In this document: positions 10,991 through 20,295 of the stretch, in pieces
How the letters are laid out: each line of letters opens with the position of its first letter
Position numbering within the stretch: the first letter of the stretch is position 1
Assembly (NCBI GenBank): GCA_001730065.1
Contig: MDLE01000006.1
Coordinates: 4,041 to 68,040, forward strand
Length of the DNA: 64,000 bases
From: Rickettsiales bacterium (ex Bugula neritina AB1)
Lineage (GTDB): Bacteria > Pseudomonadota > Alphaproteobacteria > CAJXXZ01 > UBA1459
Direction of reading: 5' to 3'
Position numbers and translations under genes: made by a program
The notes under the pieces: model-generated
Told to the model about the DNA's origin: nothing
Seen by the model: the letters and a program-made list of their open reading frames with translations, nothing else
The model's database searches: none

Positions 10991-12016
10991 ATGAAAATAA
11001 ATTTTTTTTATGATAAAGTAATTGATAATTATAATAATTTATCTAAAATCCATAAAATAGCAGCTGTTTTAAAATCTAATGCTTATGGATATAATATTCA
11101 AAAAGTAGGAGAAAAAATATTACAAAATACAAATTGTAGTATTTTTTTTGTTAATAATATTCAAGAAGGAATTATTTTATGGAAATGTAATAAAAACCAT
11201 AAAAAAATTCAAATTTTTATATTATACCCTTATATTACAACTGATGATTATGAAGTATATTTAAAATATAATTTTATACCATTAATTCAAAGTTATTCCC
11301 AATTAAATGAACATAAAATTTTTTTTCAAAAATCTAAAAATGTAGGAATTTTTGTAGATACAGGTTTATATAGAATTGGTTTTGAATATTCTATACTTCA
11401 AGAAATTCTTCAAAAAAACCCTAGTTATTTTAAAGATATTAATATCATACATGTAATGTCACATCTTAAAGAACGTAGTGATTTTTCAGATTTAGCATAT
11501 TTTCAAAAATATAAATTTGACAAAATTATTAAATATTTTCCTAATGCAACAAAATCTTTAATAGCTTCTAGTGGTTTAAATTTACCTAAAGAATTTTATT
11601 ATGATTTTGCACGCGTAGGTGGTGGTTTATTTGGACATAGTATTCTAAAAAACTGTATATTTAATTTGATAGGTAAAATTATTTATACTAAAAAAATTGA
11701 TAATAATTATGTAGGTTATGGTTATAAAATATATATAAAAAACTATTCTAATATAGGAATAGTGAATATAAGTTATAATAAAGGAATAAATGTGAATCGT
11801 CTATTAGGAAGATATATTTATATACCCAGATTAAATAAAAAATATCAAATTGTTTCTACTAGTATGGAGTATATAACTATAAATTTTGAAGATGATATGC
11901 CTATTGTAGGAGAAGATGTTCATTTCATATCTAATAAAAATACTTTACAAGAATTAATAAACAAAGATGATAATATTAATGAAATAATTATTAATTTATT
12001 AAATACAAATAGTTAG
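10991..12016 (+). CDS. alr: alanine racemase
   Basis: AAVLKSNAYGYN (PLP-lysine motif), HVMSHL and ARVGGGLFG. Confidence 0.8.
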   Translation: MKINFFYDKVIDNYNNLSKIHKIAAVLKSNAYGYNIQKVGEKILQNTNCSIFFVNNIQEGIILWKCNKNHKKIQIFILYPYITTDDYEVYLKYNFIPLIQSYSQLNEHKIFFQKSKNVGIFVDTGLYRIGFEYSILQEILQKNPSYFKDINIIHVMSHLKERSDFSDLAYFQKYKFDKIIKYFPNATKSLIASSGLNLPKEFYYDFARVGGGLFGHSILKNCIFNLIGKIIYTKKIDNNYVGYGYKIYIKNYSNIGIVNISYNKGINVNRLLGRYIYIPRLNKKYQIVSTSMEYITINFEDDMPIVGEDVHFISNKNTLQELINKDDNINEIIINLLNTNS

Positions 12017-12028
12017 TTTTTAATTTTA

Positions 12029-13324
12029 TTAAAAAGGTTTATTTTTAGATAAAATATAATTACACAAAATATGTGTGTTATTAATACATAAAAAAACTTT
12101 ACGTAAGTAGTGGGAAATTATTAAAACTGGGAAAAATATTAATATATATATTATTTTTAATGTTTTTGTCTTCGTAGAGATTTGATCTCTTATAAATTCC
12201 TCAAATAATATAATACTTACAAGTATATAGTCTATATGAACAAAGATAATACAAACTGAAAAAGGATAATAAAAAAATAATAATATTGTTTTAAAAATAA
12301 AAAGTAAAATTTCTATAATACTAATAATAAAATAGTTATTAGGATAAATAAATTTATTTTTTATTTTAATCAAACTTGATAAAAAAAAAATACCAATACC
12401 ACTATTTAAAACCACAAATAAACTTTGATTTATGGATGTATATCCCATGAAAATATCTATTAATAATGTAATTGTATTAGTAATATAAACCATAAACATT
12501 ATATCCAAATATTTAGGTTTGTTGTACTCTCTATCATTTTCATGACAATGTATTATAATATTTTGATGTTTTTTATAAAGATATATATAACGAGATAATA
12601 AAAATACTATTTTAATAAAATTTATTAAAATATTCCTTTTTGTGTATAAAAATAATCCTATTACTAAAGGATCAAATGTATATAATATATATATAATATT
12701 ATCATATTTATAATCATCTACATATATTTCTGAAGTACTTGAATTCTTTAAATTTGTGGGTTTTTTGACATAATTTTCGAATATATTTTTTGTAAAGTTT
12801 TGTGTACTATTATTATCATCTACATATATTTCTGAAGTACTTGAATTCTTTAAATTTGTGGGTTTTTTTACATAATTTTTGAATATATTTTTTGTAAAGT
12901 TTTGTGTACTATTATTATCATCTACATATATTTCTGAAGTACTTGAATTCTTTAAATTTGTGGGTTTTTTTACATAATTTTTGAATATATTTTTTGTAAA
13001 GTTTTGTGTACTATTACCAGTTTTTATATCATATATCAAAAAAGTAATAAAAATAATTAATATAATATTTATATATATATTTTTATAAAAATATATATCT
13101 TTAAAATCATTTTTAATAAAAATACTTTTATTATTTTTGTGATTTTCTAATTTTTTAAATTGTGTTTTGTGGAAGTGTTTTAAATAAAAATAAAAACCAG
13201 CGATTAATGAATTATTAATCAAAAATTTTTTTAAAATTTCTATCGTAAAAATATTACTAAAATTCCTACTTGTCAAGTTAAAAGGATTTATACTAACAAA
13301 TAAAATATAAAGTATATGTAACAC
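12029..13324 (-). CDS. polytopic membrane protein with 3 x 34-aa tandem repeat (hypothetical)
   Basis: 431-aa ORF with many hydrophobic segments. The repeat is NSTQNFTKNIFKNYVKKPTNLKNSSTSEIYVDDN, present 3 times. Confidence 0.6.
   Translation of the reverse strand: MLHILYILFVSINPFNLTSRNFSNIFTIEILKKFLINNSLIAGFYFYLKHFHKTQFKKLENHKNNKSIFIKNDFKDIYFYKNIYINIILIIFITFLIYDIKTGNSTQNFTKNIFKNYVKKPTNLKNSSTSEIYVDDNNSTQNFTKNIFKNYVKKPTNLKNSSTSEIYVDDNNSTQNFTKNIFENYVKKPTNLKNSSTSEIYVDDYKYDNIIYILYTFDPLVIGLFLYTKRNILINFIKIVFLLSRYIYLYKKHQNIIIHCHENDREYNKPKYLDIMFMVYITNTITLLIDIFMGYTSINQSLFVVLNSGIGIFFLSSLIKIKNKFIYPNNYFIISIIEILLFIFKTILLFFYYPFSVCIIFVHIDYILVSIILFEEFIRDQISTKTKTLKIIYILIFFPVLIISHYLRKVFLCINNTHILCNYILSKNKPF
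12713..13016. repeat. 102-bp tandem repeat, 3 near-identical copies
   Basis: atcatctacatatatttctgaag... recurs at 12713, 12815 and 12917 (period 102) with only a few substitutions. The period is in-frame (34 codons). Confidence 0.9.
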
Positions 13325-13403
13325 TTATTTTAGTGTATAATATATATATTATAATTTTGTTAACATGTTCTTTATCAATTAATATTTGATATGATATAAA
13401 CAT

Positions 13404-15056
13404 ATGTTATCTTTGAAAGGATATCAGATTATAATTAACAGGCCTGAAAATCCTTTATTAATAAAGGAATTATTAAAACAAAAAAATAAAAACATACAAT
13501 TTCTTAAGAAAGATATTAAAATTTTTTTAGAGGATATTGAAAATAAAATTATAAATTTTGATAAAGGTATTAATTTTTTAGGTGATGTGATAAAAAATAA
13601 AAAAAAAATTGGTATTATTGGTGATTATGATGCAGATGGTACTATAGCAACAAGTATTATTGTTAATTTTTTAAAACATATTAATTATCCTCATTGTTAT
13701 TATATTCCTAATCGTTTCAAAGATGGTTATGGTCCTTCTCAAACAATTATTGAAGAAATGTATAATAAAGAAGTAGAAGTAATTATTATGGTAGATACAG
13801 GTACAAAAGCTAATATAGAAGTAGCTTTGGCGGAAAATCTTGGTATGAAAGTAGTTATACTAGATCATCATTTACCATCAGAAGATTTACCAAATGCTTC
13901 TATATTAATTAATCCTCATATAAATGGACATTTTAATTATTTTTGTGGTGCAGGTTTAACATTTATATTTTTTTCAAAATTACAAAAATTTCTTATAAAA
14001 AATAATATTCTCAATAAAGATAATATATTTCTTTTTAATGATTTATTAGATTTAGTAGCGGTAGCAACCGTTTGTGATTTTGTACCTTTAAAAGATTTAA
14101 ATAGAAGTTTAGTATACTATGGTTTAGAAAAAATAAAAAAAAATCCTTATATAGCTTTTAAAATTATTTATGAAAATAATCCTTCTAATAATATTAATGA
14201 TGCAAGTGATCTTGGTTTTTATATTGGTCCTTACTTAAACGTTGCAGGAAGAATTGAAGATGCAAATATGGTGGTAGAATTTCTCACTACAAAAGATATA
14301 AAAAAATTAAATTATTATTTTAATCGTATTAAAATTATGACCGCAGAAAGAAAATATCTACAAAATAAAATGATCCAAAAAATAGAAATGAATATTCAAA
14401 ATACTAATGATATTTTTATAGCAAATGAAGAATTTCATGAAGGAATTATAGGTATAGTAGCATCCCAAATGAAACAAAAATATAATAGAACTTCTTGTGT
14501 TATATCTATTAAAGATAATATTTGTAAAGGATCTATGCGTACTAATGATAATTTTTCTGCTACAGACTTTATAGAAATGGCTTTAAAAGAAAATTTACTA
14601 ATTAAAGGAGGTGGACATGCAAGAGCTGGGGGTTTTTCTTTAAAAAAAAAAAATTTAGATTTACTAGAAAATTATTTCTATAAATATGGAAATAATTTTA
14701 TTAATTCTATTCAAAATATTTTTGTTTCTTCTATACTAGATTTTACAAATATTAATGAAAAAATATATAAAGAAATACATCAAATAGGTCCTTTTGGTAT
14801 TGAAAATGAAGAGTTTGTTTTTCTTTTTCCTTTTTTAAGAATTAATAATTTTTTTCTTTTACAAAACAAACATATTTCCTTTTATTTAAAACATTTTTAC
14901 AAAAGTAAATCTATTAAAGCATTGTATTTTAATTTTCCTATGAAATTAATATATAAAATACAAAAGAATAACATTATTCATTTAATAGGAAATATAAAAT
15001 ATAACAAATATTTTTATATTAATATCATTGATATTGTTGTAACAAACATAAATTAA
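13404..15056 (+). CDS. recJ: single-stranded-DNA-specific exonuclease RecJ
   Basis: IIGDYDADGT, MVDTG, ILDHH and GGGHARAGG motifs. Confidence 0.9.
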   Translation: MLSLKGYQIIINRPENPLLIKELLKQKNKNIQFLKKDIKIFLEDIENKIINFDKGINFLGDVIKNKKKIGIIGDYDADGTIATSIIVNFLKHINYPHCYYIPNRFKDGYGPSQTIIEEMYNKEVEVIIMVDTGTKANIEVALAENLGMKVVILDHHLPSEDLPNASILINPHINGHFNYFCGAGLTFIFFSKLQKFLIKNNILNKDNIFLFNDLLDLVAVATVCDFVPLKDLNRSLVYYGLEKIKKNPYIAFKIIYENNPSNNINDASDLGFYIGPYLNVAGRIEDANMVVEFLTTKDIKKLNYYFNRIKIMTAERKYLQNKMIQKIEMNIQNTNDIFIANEEFHEGIIGIVASQMKQKYNRTSCVISIKDNICKGSMRTNDNFSATDFIEMALKENLLIKGGGHARAGGFSLKKKNLDLLENYFYKYGNNFINSIQNIFVSSILDFTNINEKIYKEIHQIGPFGIENEEFVFLFPFLRINNFFLLQNKHISFYLKHFYKSKSIKALYFNFPMKLIYKIQKNNIIHLIGNIKYNKYFYINIIDIVVTNIN

Positions 15057-15115
15057 TAATTTAATAATAATTTATTTATGAATTTAAAAGTATTTTATTA
15101 GATAATATTTTATTA

Positions 15116-16204
15116 ATGAAATACACAAAAAAGTTATTTTTTTTTTTAATTTTTAATATCATTATATTTTGTCAACCTAGTATGATAGATGAGTATACAC
15201 AAGAAAATATAGATAATATAGATATAGTTGCAAATAAATTGAAGGAATTAGGTAAAAAACCTAGAAATGAGTATGATAGTAATATTAATGATGTATGTAA
15301 ATATTTAAATCAATCCTCCACAGAAGAACTAAATCAAATTAATGAAAAAAATCCACATTTTTTAAATTTATTTACAAATGATTCTAGCTATGAAATTCTT
15401 AAAAGTATAATACTTGTTTACTTGAAGGAAATTATTAATAATAAAAAAAAAATTAGTAAAATATTAAGTAAGAATGAAATTAATATTAATACAGATGATA
15501 TGGATAATATAGATACAAAATGTGAATATAGAGGTATAAAAGGTACTTTTCGTATACTAGCACGTATTAATGAAGATATTGATGAAGATGTTGATGAAGA
15601 TGTTGTTGATGTAAAGTATATAAATGATTGGTTAAAAAAATTTTGTAATTATATAGGTATTAATGAAGATGATGTAAAAAGATATGAAGATAGTGAAAGT
15701 TTTTATATAAAAGAAAATTATCCTGTAATCAAGTCTTTAAAATACATTGTAAAAGCATATAAGCGTGGAATGTTGCATTTTTATTTTTATCTATATTTTG
15801 ATTACATTGTTGTCATTGTTGCAGTTATTTTGTCATTAATATTTTTATTATATCATTTTGTTTATAATATAGATCAAGTAACAAATGTAGAAATTATTGA
15901 AGTACGTAATCAATGTGAAGCAACCATTTATAATGGTAAAAATACCTTAAAGGAATTCGAAGGTAAAATTTCTGACGAACTAAAAGCAGAAATTAATTCT
16001 ACAATAGAAGAAACGGAAAAGGTATTAGCATCTGATTCTAAAGATGTAGAAAAAATTAGAGGAGCTACAGAAAATTTACAAATGGTTTTGAGTAAAATTT
16101 ATGAAGAAATGAGTAAAAAACAAAATCAAGAAGCACCTCAAGATCAAGCATCTGAAAATAATCCTTCACAGGAAGAGAAACAAAAAGAAGAAGAAAATAA
16201 ATAA
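15116..16204 (+). CDS. chimeric protein: signal peptide/acidic/TM surface-protein part fused to a DnaK C-terminal lid domain
   Basis: The N-part has a signal-like segment (MKYTKKLFFFLIFNIIIFC), DEDVDEDVDEDV, and a TM segment (VVIVAVILSLIFLLYHFVYN). The C-part from about 15885 reads EVRNQCEATIYNGKNTLKEFEGKISDELKAEINSTIEETEKVL..ENLQMVLSKIYEEM, which is the Hsp70 helical lid. Confidence 0.7.
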   Translation: MKYTKKLFFFLIFNIIIFCQPSMIDEYTQENIDNIDIVANKLKELGKKPRNEYDSNINDVCKYLNQSSTEELNQINEKNPHFLNLFTNDSSYEILKSIILVYLKEIINNKKKISKILSKNEININTDDMDNIDTKCEYRGIKGTFRILARINEDIDEDVDEDVVDVKYINDWLKKFCNYIGINEDDVKRYEDSESFYIKENYPVIKSLKYIVKAYKRGMLHFYFYLYFDYIVVIVAVILSLIFLLYHFVYNIDQVTNVEIIEVRNQCEATIYNGKNTLKEFEGKISDELKAEINSTIEETEKVLASDSKDVEKIRGATENLQMVLSKIYEEMSKKQNQEAPQDQASENNPSQEEKQKEEENK

Positions 16205-16266
16205 AAATAATATTACTAACTAAATAATATTACTAACTATTTTTTAGTTTGTGATATAATATTTTT

Positions 16267-17496
16267 GTGAAAAATAATTTACCTGTTAAAGGATTTAGAT
16301 ATCAGGATGAAAGAAAATATACTCTTTTAAAGTTTATTGAAGAAAAATTTATTAATATTACAAAATTATTTGGTATTAAATTAATTCAACTACCAACTAT
16401 TGAATATTCAGAGCTTTTTACAAATTGTGGAGAAAATAGTGATATTGTAAATAAAGAATTATTTTTTTTAGAAAACTCTAATTATTGTTTATTACCAGAA
16501 GGTACTAATGCTTTTGTAAAATATGTGGATAATAATTATGGTAACTATGGTATGATTATAGATTGTTTTCGTTATAATAATCCTCAAAAAGGTAGGTATC
16601 GTCAATTTCGTCAAATGGCATTAGAAATGATAGGAAACAGTCATTATACACAAGAAGTAAATTTAATAGTAATAATAGAAAATTTTCTTCAAGAATTAAA
16701 AATTAATAATAATAATTATCAATTAGAAATTAATTGTATTGGTAATAATAATGATCGTTTAAGATATAATGAAGTTCTCAAGGAATATTTTATGAATAGT
16801 TTTGATAATTTAAGTTATGAATCACAACAAAGATATAAACGTAATGCTTATTTAAGAATTTTAGATTCTAAAAATGATGATGAGATTTTAAAAAATATTC
16901 CAAATATATACAATTATTTATCAGAACAATCAAAAACAAAATATGAAAATATTAAAAAACTATTAAGATCTTTAAATATTAAATTTAAAGAAAATTTTCA
17001 ACTTGTACGTGGTTTAGATTACTATAATGATTTTGTATTTGAGTATACAAGTTCATTATTAGGTGCTCAATGTAGTTTTGCAGGTGGTGGACGTTATGAT
17101 AACTTATTTCTGAAAATTAAGGAGGATAATATACCTGCTTTAGGTTGTGGTATTGGCCTAGAAAGAATAGGAATAATGTTAGAAAATATAAATTTTTCTT
17201 TAGAAAAACCTAAAAATATTTTAATACTTCCAATTGAAGAACAAAATCTTGTATATGCATATACATTACAAAATATTCTTCATAAAAAAAATATTAATGG
17301 TGAAGTATTATATAGTTATATAAATCTTTCAAAACGCATGAAAAAACATTCTAATAATTATGATTTTATGATACTTGTAGGAGATACAGAAGAAGAAAAC
17401 AATAGTTGTATTATTAAAAATTTAAAAAATCATACAGAAATTAATATAAAAATAAATAATATTTCTAATAAATTATTCTTTGAAGAAATAATCTAA
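16267..17496 (+). CDS. hisS: histidine--tRNA ligase
   Basis: LLPEGTNAFVKY, FRYNNPQKGRYRQFRQ, RGLDYYNDFVFE, GGGRYDNL and GIGLERI. Confidence 0.9.
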   Translation: MKNNLPVKGFRYQDERKYTLLKFIEEKFINITKLFGIKLIQLPTIEYSELFTNCGENSDIVNKELFFLENSNYCLLPEGTNAFVKYVDNNYGNYGMIIDCFRYNNPQKGRYRQFRQMALEMIGNSHYTQEVNLIVIIENFLQELKINNNNYQLEINCIGNNNDRLRYNEVLKEYFMNSFDNLSYESQQRYKRNAYLRILDSKNDDEILKNIPNIYNYLSEQSKTKYENIKKLLRSLNIKFKENFQLVRGLDYYNDFVFEYTSSLLGAQCSFAGGGRYDNLFLKIKEDNIPALGCGIGLERIGIMLENINFSLEKPKNILILPIEEQNLVYAYTLQNILHKKNINGEVLYSYINLSKRMKKHSNNYDFMILVGDTEEENNSCIIKNLKNHTEINIKINNISNKLFFEEII

Positions 17497-17705
17497 AATT
17501 TTTATAATTTTAAATTGTAGTAATTATAAAAAACACTATTTTCATTTGTTTTTTCATAATTAATTTCTACATCAAAAAAAACTTTCTTTAAATTTTTCTA
17601 CAAAAACATTATGTAATGTTGTAATAACATTACTATTTAAATAACAAATTTTTTTTTATTATTATAATAATTTATAGAATCAATTTATTTAAACAAAAAT
17701 ATTAA

Positions 17706-18155
17706 TAATATTTAAATACACCACCTAAGGTTTCTAAACCTAAAGAAAGAAGTGTTACGTCTAATAACAACATATCTTTTGTGGATACATCACCCGCTAA
17801 AATAGCTGCTTGTATTGCAGCACCTGCTGCCACTGCTTCATCAGGGTTTACACTTTCATTTAAAATCCTTACCTATTAATTTTTTTAATTCTTCTTTAAC
17901 TAATGGTACACGTGTAGAACCACCTACTAATAGTATATCTTTAATATCTTGTATTGTTAATTTCGCATCTTTAATAGCTTCTTCTGTAATTCTAATACTT
18001 CTATTTACAAGTGATTTAATTAAATCATTAAATTTTGCTCTTGTAAATGTCATTTTGAAATGTACAGGTTGATTATCTTTAGGATTAATAGCTAAAAATG
18101 GTAGGTTAACTTCCGTTGCCATAGATCCTGATAATTTTATTTTTGTATCTACAAT
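17706..18155 (-). pseudogene. dnaK: dnaK internal fragment (NBD subdomain IIB to start of SBD), frameshifted
   Basis: Track ORF 17856-18122 reads TEVNLPF..TRAKFNDL..ILLVGGSTRVP. After a frameshift at about 17856 my translation continues [44 protein letters not shown] and then stops. There is no N-terminal 250 aa and no SBD-beta. Confidence 0.85.
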
Positions 18156-18193
18156 ATTATTAATATAAGAAATTTATTATATAATTATATTAT

Positions 18194-19453
18194 ATGTTTA
18201 AGTTCCTAAAAGACAAAATACAAAATCAAATTTTAAATAATAGTAAAGTACACAAAGAATCTATAGGTAATCAAGTTTTCCGTATTTTAGTGGAATCAGA
18301 TTTAGATTATAATTTTTCAAAAAAAATTAGTGATGAGATTCAAAAGTTAATCAATGATGATGTCCCTATAAAAAATGCATTTACAAATGTAATAAAAAAC
18401 AACATGTATATGTCAAATATAAAAAAAGGTATTGTTACCTTAATAGGTTTTCAAGGACATGGAAAAACAACTAATATTAATAAACTTGCTTATTTCTTAA
18501 GAAAAAAAGGCTGGAAAGTTGCAGTAGCAACTACTGATACAAACAGATATGCGGCTACGGAACAATTATATCATTTAGCGGAAAAAAATAATATTAACAT
18601 AATAAAAACAAATGCTAATAATAGTAATGAAATAGCGAAAGAAATTCTATCTCAAAAAGAAAATTATGATTCTATAATTATTGATACACCAGGTATTAAC
18701 CCTAATAATAAAGAAAGCATTCAGCATTTAAATAATATTTTAAATATAATATCACCAAATGAAAATTTATTAGTACTTAATTCTTTATTAGGTAGTAGTG
18801 TTTTTAAAATGATTGAAAATTTTCTTCATGTTTCTAAACCTATTACAGGAGGTATTATTACAAATATGGATGGTGACACAAAAGGTGGAGTGTGTTTGTC
18901 TTTTAGTTATATTACAAAAAAACCTATTTATTTTATTTCAAATGGTGAAAAAATACATGACTTAGAGTATTTTAATAGTGATAGTATCTCTAATAGAATT
19001 GTGGGTGATATGGATTTTGTTGGATTACAAGGATTATTAGATAATTACTTTTCAAAATCAACAGAAGAAAAATTTATGTATCGTATAACAAATAAATTAT
19101 TTAATTTTGAAGATATGATATTTTATCTAACACATATGCAAAATTTTGGTTTAGAACGTATTATGAGTTTTGTAGGAAATCGTATGAAACCTATTAATAT
19201 ACAAGAAGGGGAAAAAAATATTAAAATTTTTACTAATATTATAAATTCTATGACAAAAAAAGAGCGTAAAAACCCTAATTTAATCAATAATTTATCTCGT
19301 ATGAAAAGAATTAGTAAAGGTTCTGGATATAGTATAAATACTGTACAACAACTATCTACAAATTACGAAGAATTAAAGAAGAAGATATTTATGTTGTCAG
19401 ATATGTTAAAAAGTAATACAAATCCTCAAGATATTTTAAAAAAATTTTTATAA
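18194..19453 (+). CDS. ffh: signal recognition particle protein Ffh
   Basis: GFQGHGKTT, IIDTPG, a TNMDGDTKGG G-domain and a Met-rich M domain. Confidence 0.9.
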   Translation: MFKFLKDKIQNQILNNSKVHKESIGNQVFRILVESDLDYNFSKKISDEIQKLINDDVPIKNAFTNVIKNNMYMSNIKKGIVTLIGFQGHGKTTNINKLAYFLRKKGWKVAVATTDTNRYAATEQLYHLAEKNNINIIKTNANNSNEIAKEILSQKENYDSIIIDTPGINPNNKESIQHLNNILNIISPNENLLVLNSLLGSSVFKMIENFLHVSKPITGGIITNMDGDTKGGVCLSFSYITKKPIYFISNGEKIHDLEYFNSDSISNRIVGDMDFVGLQGLLDNYFSKSTEEKFMYRITNKLFNFEDMIFYLTHMQNFGLERIMSFVGNRMKPINIQEGEKNIKIFTNIINSMTKKERKNPNLINNLSRMKRISKGSGYSINTVQQLSTNYEELKKKIFMLSDMLKSNTNPQDILKKFL

Positions 19454-20170
19454 ATCACTAACACCAAAATCAATATTAATATTACTATTATTTTCATCTT
19501 TTAATTTTATAATTTTATTTAAAAATTCTTCCATAACTATAAAGTTTTCATTTTTTTCTAATTCTTGAATTATAAAATTTCCAATTTCCTTTGAGTCCTT
19601 ATGATCAATATCAATAATAAAATTAGCAAGTTTATTATTAATATCATCTACAAATTTTTTTTGATGTTCAGCAATACCTATACTACGATCTTCACGAAGT
19701 TTTTCACGATTATTAAGATTTTCAATAGAAGACTTAAGACCTATGAGAATAATTTCGTATTCTATTTCTTTTAATTTAATATCTTTTATAATATTAATAA
19801 TATTTATTATGCTATCAATATTACAAATAACATCTACAATTATTATGTTATGCATTGTATTCACTAATATATTAAAAATAGTTTGCATATAATTTCTCCA
19901 ACTATTTAAAGCAATATTATCATTATTTGCAGTAACACTAATAATTTTATTATCTATATCACGTTTACATATAAAACCAGAGTTATCTTGATCAAATTGC
20001 CATTTTATAGGCATAATTTTAAAAAAAAAATAATCGGAATCATAAATTGTATATATATCATTAATATTATTATATAAAAATTTTTTATGAAAATAATTTC
20101 TCAAATATAAACTAATAGTACTTTTATAACTTGAAGATGTACCATTTAAAAAAATTAACTTACGTTTCAT
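19448..20170 (-). CDS. chloramphenicol phosphotransferase-like (CPT family) P-loop kinase, atypical Walker A
   Basis: IFLNGTSSSYKST aligns to the CPT motif ILNGGSSAGKS. Also IIIVDV, and ILIGLKSS..NNREKLREDRSIGIAEHQ aligns to VGVRC..GRE.ARGDR..G.A..Q. Confidence 0.65.
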   Translation of the reverse strand: MKRKLIFLNGTSSSYKSTISLYLRNYFHKKFLYNNINDIYTIYDSDYFFFKIMPIKWQFDQDNSGFICKRDIDNKIISVTANNDNIALNSWRNYMQTIFNILVNTMHNIIIVDVICNIDSIINIINIIKDIKLKEIEYEIILIGLKSSIENLNNREKLREDRSIGIAEHQKKFVDDINNKLANFIIDIDHKDSKEIGNFIIQELEKNENFIVMEEFLNKIIKLKDENNSNINIDFGVSDL

Positions 20171-20295
20171 TTATCACCCTATAAGGATTATATAATATAA
20201 TTGATATTATATAAAATAAAAAACAAACAAAATTATTTATTTATTTGTTTATTTCAAATAATTAAAATAAAACTAAAATAAAAAGAGTTTAAAAT

